Assembly (NCBI GenBank): GCA_043228905.1
Contig: JBHGNT010000001.1
Coordinates: 25,668,001-25,732,000 of the forward strand
From: Azolla caroliniana
Taxonomy: Eukaryota > Plantae > Polypodiophyta
Direction: 5' to 3'
Length of the DNA stretch: 64,000 nucleotides
Under the pieces are notes generated by a model, which worked only from the letters and a program-made list of their open reading frames with translations, was not told the DNA's origin and ran no database searches. Below, piece after piece: positions 58,860 through 64,000 of this stretch (position 1 is its first letter; every line of letters starts with the position of its first letter). The position numbers were made by a program, and so were the translations under genes.

Positions 58860-60361
58860 TTTTCTAGTACGCTAAAAATTTCAGTACCAAATCATTACTA
58901 AAGATTGTTCGACTTTCCGACACCATCTTATTGGTAAGAAGTGGTGGCATTTCTCATACTATTTTATATCCCTAGCATTGTTTGTCAATGAGATTTTTTG
59001 GCATTTACGATGATTTGTAAACATCTGAATTTTCAGCAACCAGAAAATCAAGAAACATGAATATCTCTTGCACTATGTGGTGGTCAATGAAAGGTGGAAA
59101 GGGATGTACACAATTTTGTTGGCTTAATATTATATGACACAATTGTCGGTATAAATACAAGAAATTGCCCAATTTATTGTAGTGGCACTAAAAGGAGTAA
59201 ATGGAAGCATGCCATTTAATGTGGATTGTATAGTAAACGAGCCTTACTTATTGTTGGGGCAATTGCCCATGATCATCTAAACTAGCACTTTGGCTAGGTT
59301 CCTAGTTTCCGCCATCTTGTAACCACATCTCCTTATCGTGATTCTTTTGCTTCTAATAAAATTACAATCATGGAGGTGTAGGTTTGACATAACTCTATCT
59401 GCATGAAGCTAACTCTTATTCTTATCTCGATAACTTAAAGAAACAATTGTTTATTATGTTAGGCACTGCGAGGAGACCCCATGTGGTGTCATTTACAAGG
59501 CAACTCAAGCTCCCGCTCAATTCACAAGATTTTAAGCTTCTACATAGCTAATGCTTGAAACCTATTTCTTAAAACAAAGTTGAGAATAGTGCCTAAGGTG
59601 GATACTATGGCACAAGAACTCTCCTTTTCTCCTAACCATAGCTTCTAAATATTGCCTAACATTAAGAAATTGTTGACTTATTTTTGGCCATTTACCACAC
59701 ATAGAGAGATCAAGGCATGAGTATATGTAAGGGAGAACTATATTTGGATTTGATAAAACAATGAATAAATTCATTCAAATGAAATGCTTTGAAAGGTATA
59801 AACAATGATTGTGAACTTAATGGTAGCCAACTAAGGTTCTAACCCAATTGAAAAAAACAAATTGTTCAATAATAACTTCATTGTAAAAATAGTAAAGCAT
59901 GTGCACCATGTTTAGAGAAGCTCAATTTTTTTTAAACAAGTCCTCATTTGGACATTCGTTCTTTGCCATGACAAGGAATAACAACTTTTCAAGCACCTTA
60001 ATTAGATGTCAATAAGTATCAAGAACCATCAAAATGATCCATATTAAATGCATTTTGTAATTGAGTGTGATTTCTATCATGTTTTGAAGGATTATGCAAT
60101 GTTTAAAAGCCTCAATAAATCATTTGGATTTTGATCATCTATCTCATCAAGCTTTAGAAAGACAATGAGTGATAATATTTGTGGGGACCGACAACACTTC
60201 ATGTTTTTAGATTGCACTTGCGAAAAGTTTTAATAACATTGACAATCTCATTTTTTCCAAAACACAAAGAGTGAAATCAACATTTGTTAAAGAGAGTAAT
60301 TAATTAATAACAATAAGACCTGCCTAGATAAATGATGGAATTTGGACAAAAATTGTGCATG

Positions 60362-62250
60362 CTTGTGGGATTCACAAGTTTTGATCTCTTTTCTCAATCT
60401 ACTCTAATCTATTCTAAACTTTTTCAATTTATTATTACTTAAGATAAACTAAAAAAACTATACTTGTGGGATTCACAAGTTTCTATCTCACTTTCTAATA
60501 ATCTATTCATAACTAGACTCGTCTCAAATTCTTCCTCGTCCTAGCCCAAAACCCCAGCGGTTCCCACCCAACTCATGCAACGATCTGGCGTCGAAAGGCA
60601 TGACACAGTTGGTGAACCCGACGTGGAGACTGTAGAGGCGATGAACATGATGATGATGATGTTCGAGTGGATGCTACAAGAACAACGAGCGATGTCGGAG
60701 ATCACGGTTGCAGTAAAGCGGCTCATACAATGAAACGGACAATTCAATGGAAAGGATGTGTCACACTATCTACGTGACTACAAGGCGGAGATGATGCGAT
60801 GTGGGATACCGGAAGGATTGCAAGTGATATCCTTCAATCGGGTAGCCACAGATGAGCTACAAGAGAGAATCCACAAGATACGACAACAAAACCCGACATG
60901 GGGGTCCTTTGAAGAAGCTTTACGAGAGGCATATGACTACGAGAGATTGAAGGGACGAGATCGACGCGAGTTTGACCAATGGGTGGCATCGGAGAAGACC
61001 CACCGAAGCGCGACACAAGCATTCCTAAAGTTCGAGTATCATTTTGCTCGACTCTTGGAGCGGGAACAAAGATTGGTGGGGGAGGATAAAGTCCTAATGT
61101 TCGTAAGATCAATCGATCGGAAGGAAAGGATGGACATCGGGATCCAACTTGAAGACGATTACAGTGCAAATGGCCTTACCAAGGATTGGGTTGAAGTCGA
61201 AAGAGTATGTCGAAGATATGATAAGAGGAAGACGAGAATATCGTTAGCAACAACATGGCCTATAAGGGATGATCAATTGAGGACGAATGATGTGTCCAAC
61301 ACGAAGGCTGAAGTACGATACGTCAATACCACAGGAGAGGGTATAGAACAAGGCATCCTCTTGTCTTGCGAAAGAACGATGGCTAAGGATAAGACCGATG
61401 ACTTGAGAGTGGCGAAAACCACTTCAAGGGTGGAAGAAGGTTTTGGGACACAAGTGTCTGAAACATCGAGTGAAAAAGGGGTAAGCATAATCTATGCTTG
61501 CATGATCGAGGGAGATAAAGAGTGCGAGGCGGACGTGATTGAGGAGGTAGTCACGAAAGATGACATCGAATCGGAGGTGGCTATGGATGAGTCAATGGCG
61601 GATAGCCGAGGCAAGACTCTCCCAACACTAATTCTAGAAACTTCGGCGGTTACGTTCGAAAAGCAACGTGAGACCCAAGAGACAGAAGGTGGCGGAGAGA
61701 AAACGAAGGTTGAAGTCGATGCATACGATGGAGAAATAGCCGAGAAGGTGGCTATGGGTGATATGACAAAGGACGATAATATCGAGGATTCCTACCCACT
61801 AATTCTAGAGACTTCGGCGGTTGTGTCTGAGAACCAACGTGAGACTAGAGAGACGGGAGATGGCGGCAAGGAAGGTAAAGTCGGAAGCCAGTTCGGATGG
61901 AAGATGATCCATCCGAAATTCCGATCTAAACGAAAGCCGAACCAAGCGGAAGTGGATTCGGTCGAAATTCGATCAGTCGAGCCCGACCCGGATGGAAATC
62001 GTTCTAGCCGAAAGCCGATCGGACGAGATTGATCCGGACAAAAGTTAATCCGGCTCAACCGAAGGTCGAAGGTCAAGGCCGGTTAACACGAGGAAAAGGA
62101 AGCCAACCAAAACCAAAACCGAATCGGAAGGGGGCCGACTCGGTCAAAACCGATCGACCGAGTCCGATTCGGCCAAACGCGAATACGAATTCGATCGGAA
62201 GCCGATCCAACCAAAAGCTTATCGGACCAAAAGCCGACACAAACACACGC
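60362..62250 (+). mobile_element. Non-autonomous gag-only Trp-primed LTR element L (LTR remnant ~60362-60605, PBS 60610-60625), interrupted by copy M
   Basis: LTR end GGCATGACA, U5 motif and PBS TGGTGAACCCGACGTG; the LTR remnant matches the reverse complement of ~62251-62480. Confidence 0.8.
60641..62032 (+). pseudogene. gag: Gag-derived ORF with a capsid-like N-terminus and an acidic repeated tail; premature TGA at 60731
   Basis: FNGKDVSHYLRDYKAEM, LMFVRSIDRKER and GLTKDWVEVERVCRRYDKR align by eye with Gag of element E; no zinc knuckle or protease follows. Confidence 0.8.
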
Positions 62251-64000
62251 TGTCGTGCCTTTCGGCTCCGGATCGTTTGCGTGAGTCGGGTGGGAACCAC
62301 CGGGGTTTTGGACTAGGAGGAGGAAGAATTTGAGACTATTATAATTATGAGTAGATTATTAGAAACTTGTGAATCCCACAAGTATAATGTATTTTATTGA
62401 TTAATATTTATGTAAGAATATGTATTTAGATTGATAGAGAAAGATATAGAAATCTCGTGAATCCCACAAGTATAGATTATATTATTTTCGTGAATCCCAC
62501 GATTATATTAATTGGTGTTTTAGGAAATATATCCAATTTCCCAAATATTTTTCACACAATTACATTGTGCTTCCCATCCTTATGTAGTGATGAGGAAGTC
62601 TTAGTAATCCATGCTTTTTCTCTAACTATAGACCCCATGCTTTTCCTATAGATAGACTATATGCTTTATCTAAAGTGATCATGCTTTTTTCTAACTTGTG
62701 CGTTTTTTATCATGCACGCTAGATGTGTATGTGTAGCTTTTTCTTTTGTTATGCGTTTTTCTAATGTTTATCCTAGCGTGAATTTACCTTTCTATGTGGG
62801 ACATCTATGCTTTAACACTAATGAAATGCTAGTGTAATGGTAAGACATTACATTATTAACATGGAGGTGCAAGGTTCGAATCTTGCCCTATGCATGTTCC
62901 ATTTATTTTGCTATTTTCTTCTATTTCTTCATTTTTTATTGAATCTAATACTATATACGTTTTTCACGTAGTGTACAAAATACACTACGACACTCACCCC
63001 CTCCAAACCCGCACATCCTCCGGTATGTGCCGAAGTTGTTGGTGTTTGTTAGTCTCCTCCGTCCGGTCTCTACCCGATTGGTTTCGTTGCCGGCTCGTAG
63101 TACCCTCGACTTCTCTTGTTATGTTGACTTTGTCTCTCCATTTGGAGCACATCCATTCTTTCCACCCGAACCATTGTCGACATCCGATCCACCATAGTCT
63201 TCGTTCGCTTTTTGCATGGCCCGCTTGGTCCTTGTCATCCGCGGTAGTATCTTTTCTTGCCCTCTTTCTTTTCTTCATCAATCTCGACTTCTTTTCGGAT
63301 TTTCGGTTTAGTCGGATTAGCTTACTTCCGATTCGGTCTCGTCGGATCGTCTTTCGTTTAGTTCGGCTTCCTTTCCGATTTGTATTCGGTCGATCCGGAC
63401 TCGGTTGATCGGTTTTTACCGATTCAGTGCTCTTTCGGGTCGGTTTCTTTTCTTTTCTTTTCGTCCGGATTTGCTTTCTTTTCTTCGTTTTCACCTGCCT
63501 TGTCCGGTTCGACTTTCGGCACTTCTTTCCGTTGTTCGCTACGTAGGTCCTCCGATATGTGCTCGTTGTTCGGTCCTCGTGTGGTTGTAATGCATGCTTC
63601 TTTTCTCGCCGTAGCGCGTGCTTCTTTATTCGCCATAACACGCGTTTCTTTATTCGCCGTAGAGCGTGCTCTGTATTACGCGCTTCTCCCGTCGTAGACC
63701 CGACCTCCGCATTGTCGCACTTTCTTTTAGATTGGAATTTCGGATGGATCATTTTCCATCCGAACCGACTTCCGACTTTACCTTCCTCGCCGCCATCTCC
63801 CGTCTCTCCGGTCTCACGTTGGTTCTCGGACACAACCGCCGAAGTCTCTAGATATTGTTGGCATGAATCCTCGGTATTACCTTCTTTCGTAGTTTCACCC
63901 TTAGCATTCTTCTCGGCTATCTCTTCATCGTATTCGTCGGCTTCGACATTCGTTTTCTCTCCGCCACCTTCCGTCTCTTCGGTCTCACGTTGCCTTTCGA
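62251..64000 (-). mobile_element. Second gag-only copy M (3' LTR 62251-62992, PPT ~62993-63009, ORF C-terminus), inserted antisense into L; continues beyond the window
   Basis: Minus-strand LTR TGTCGTAG...GCACGACA; PPT GGTTTGGAGGGGGTGAG; ORF 62994..63833 shares SENQRET...KVGS.FGWKMIHPKF with L; flank ACGC at 62247-62250. Confidence 0.82.
62830..62887 (+). promoter_or_regulatory. tRNA-like A/B-box module, antisense, in U3 of LTR M
   Basis: TAGTGTAATGGTAAG at 62830; GGTTCGAATC at 62873; spacing 43 nt; GCAAG/CTTGC stem around the B box. Confidence 0.6.

Noticed and set aside
59101-60362. Possible terminal inverted repeats (ATGTACACAATTTTGT vs ACAAAAATTGTGCAT)
   Set aside because: Short, gapped, AT-rich match with no TSD found.

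Overview
Eukaryotic heterochromatin-type window with no recognisable host gene. The host is probably a non-seed land plant such as a moss (inference from a plant-type tRNA-Trp PBS and Tcn1-like chromoviruses). Positions 1-53.6 kb are one nest of LTR retrotransposons, up to four levels deep. It is dominated by a GC-rich, chromodomain-less Ty3/Gypsy lineage with TGTCG...GACA LTR ends, a tRNA-Trp PBS and 4-bp TSDs. This lineage has one intact, very young copy (14178-21484), six decayed copies and four solo LTRs. The nest also holds an iMet-primed chromovirus (13085-27278), two rearranged Tcn1-like chromoviruses, a probable Copia solo LTR and a LINE 3' fragment. 54.2-60.3 kb is AT-rich and unresolved. 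60.4-64 kb holds two copies of a pol-less, gag-only relative of the Trp-primed lineage. Main observations: (1) all 12 scorable insertion sites of the Trp-primed lineage are centred on CpG (Y|NCGN|R); (2) a conserved G_GAU_UUU_UAG -1 frameshift signal with a covarying stem and candidate pseudoknot sits after the protease; (3) antisense tRNA-like A/B-box modules lie at the U3 end of two unrelated LTR families; (4) five covarying stem-loops form an array in the chromovirus leader; (5) U5/PBS pairings resemble those of avian retroviruses. All coordinates and mismatch counts were read by eye, and lineage names are from memory and need database confirmation.
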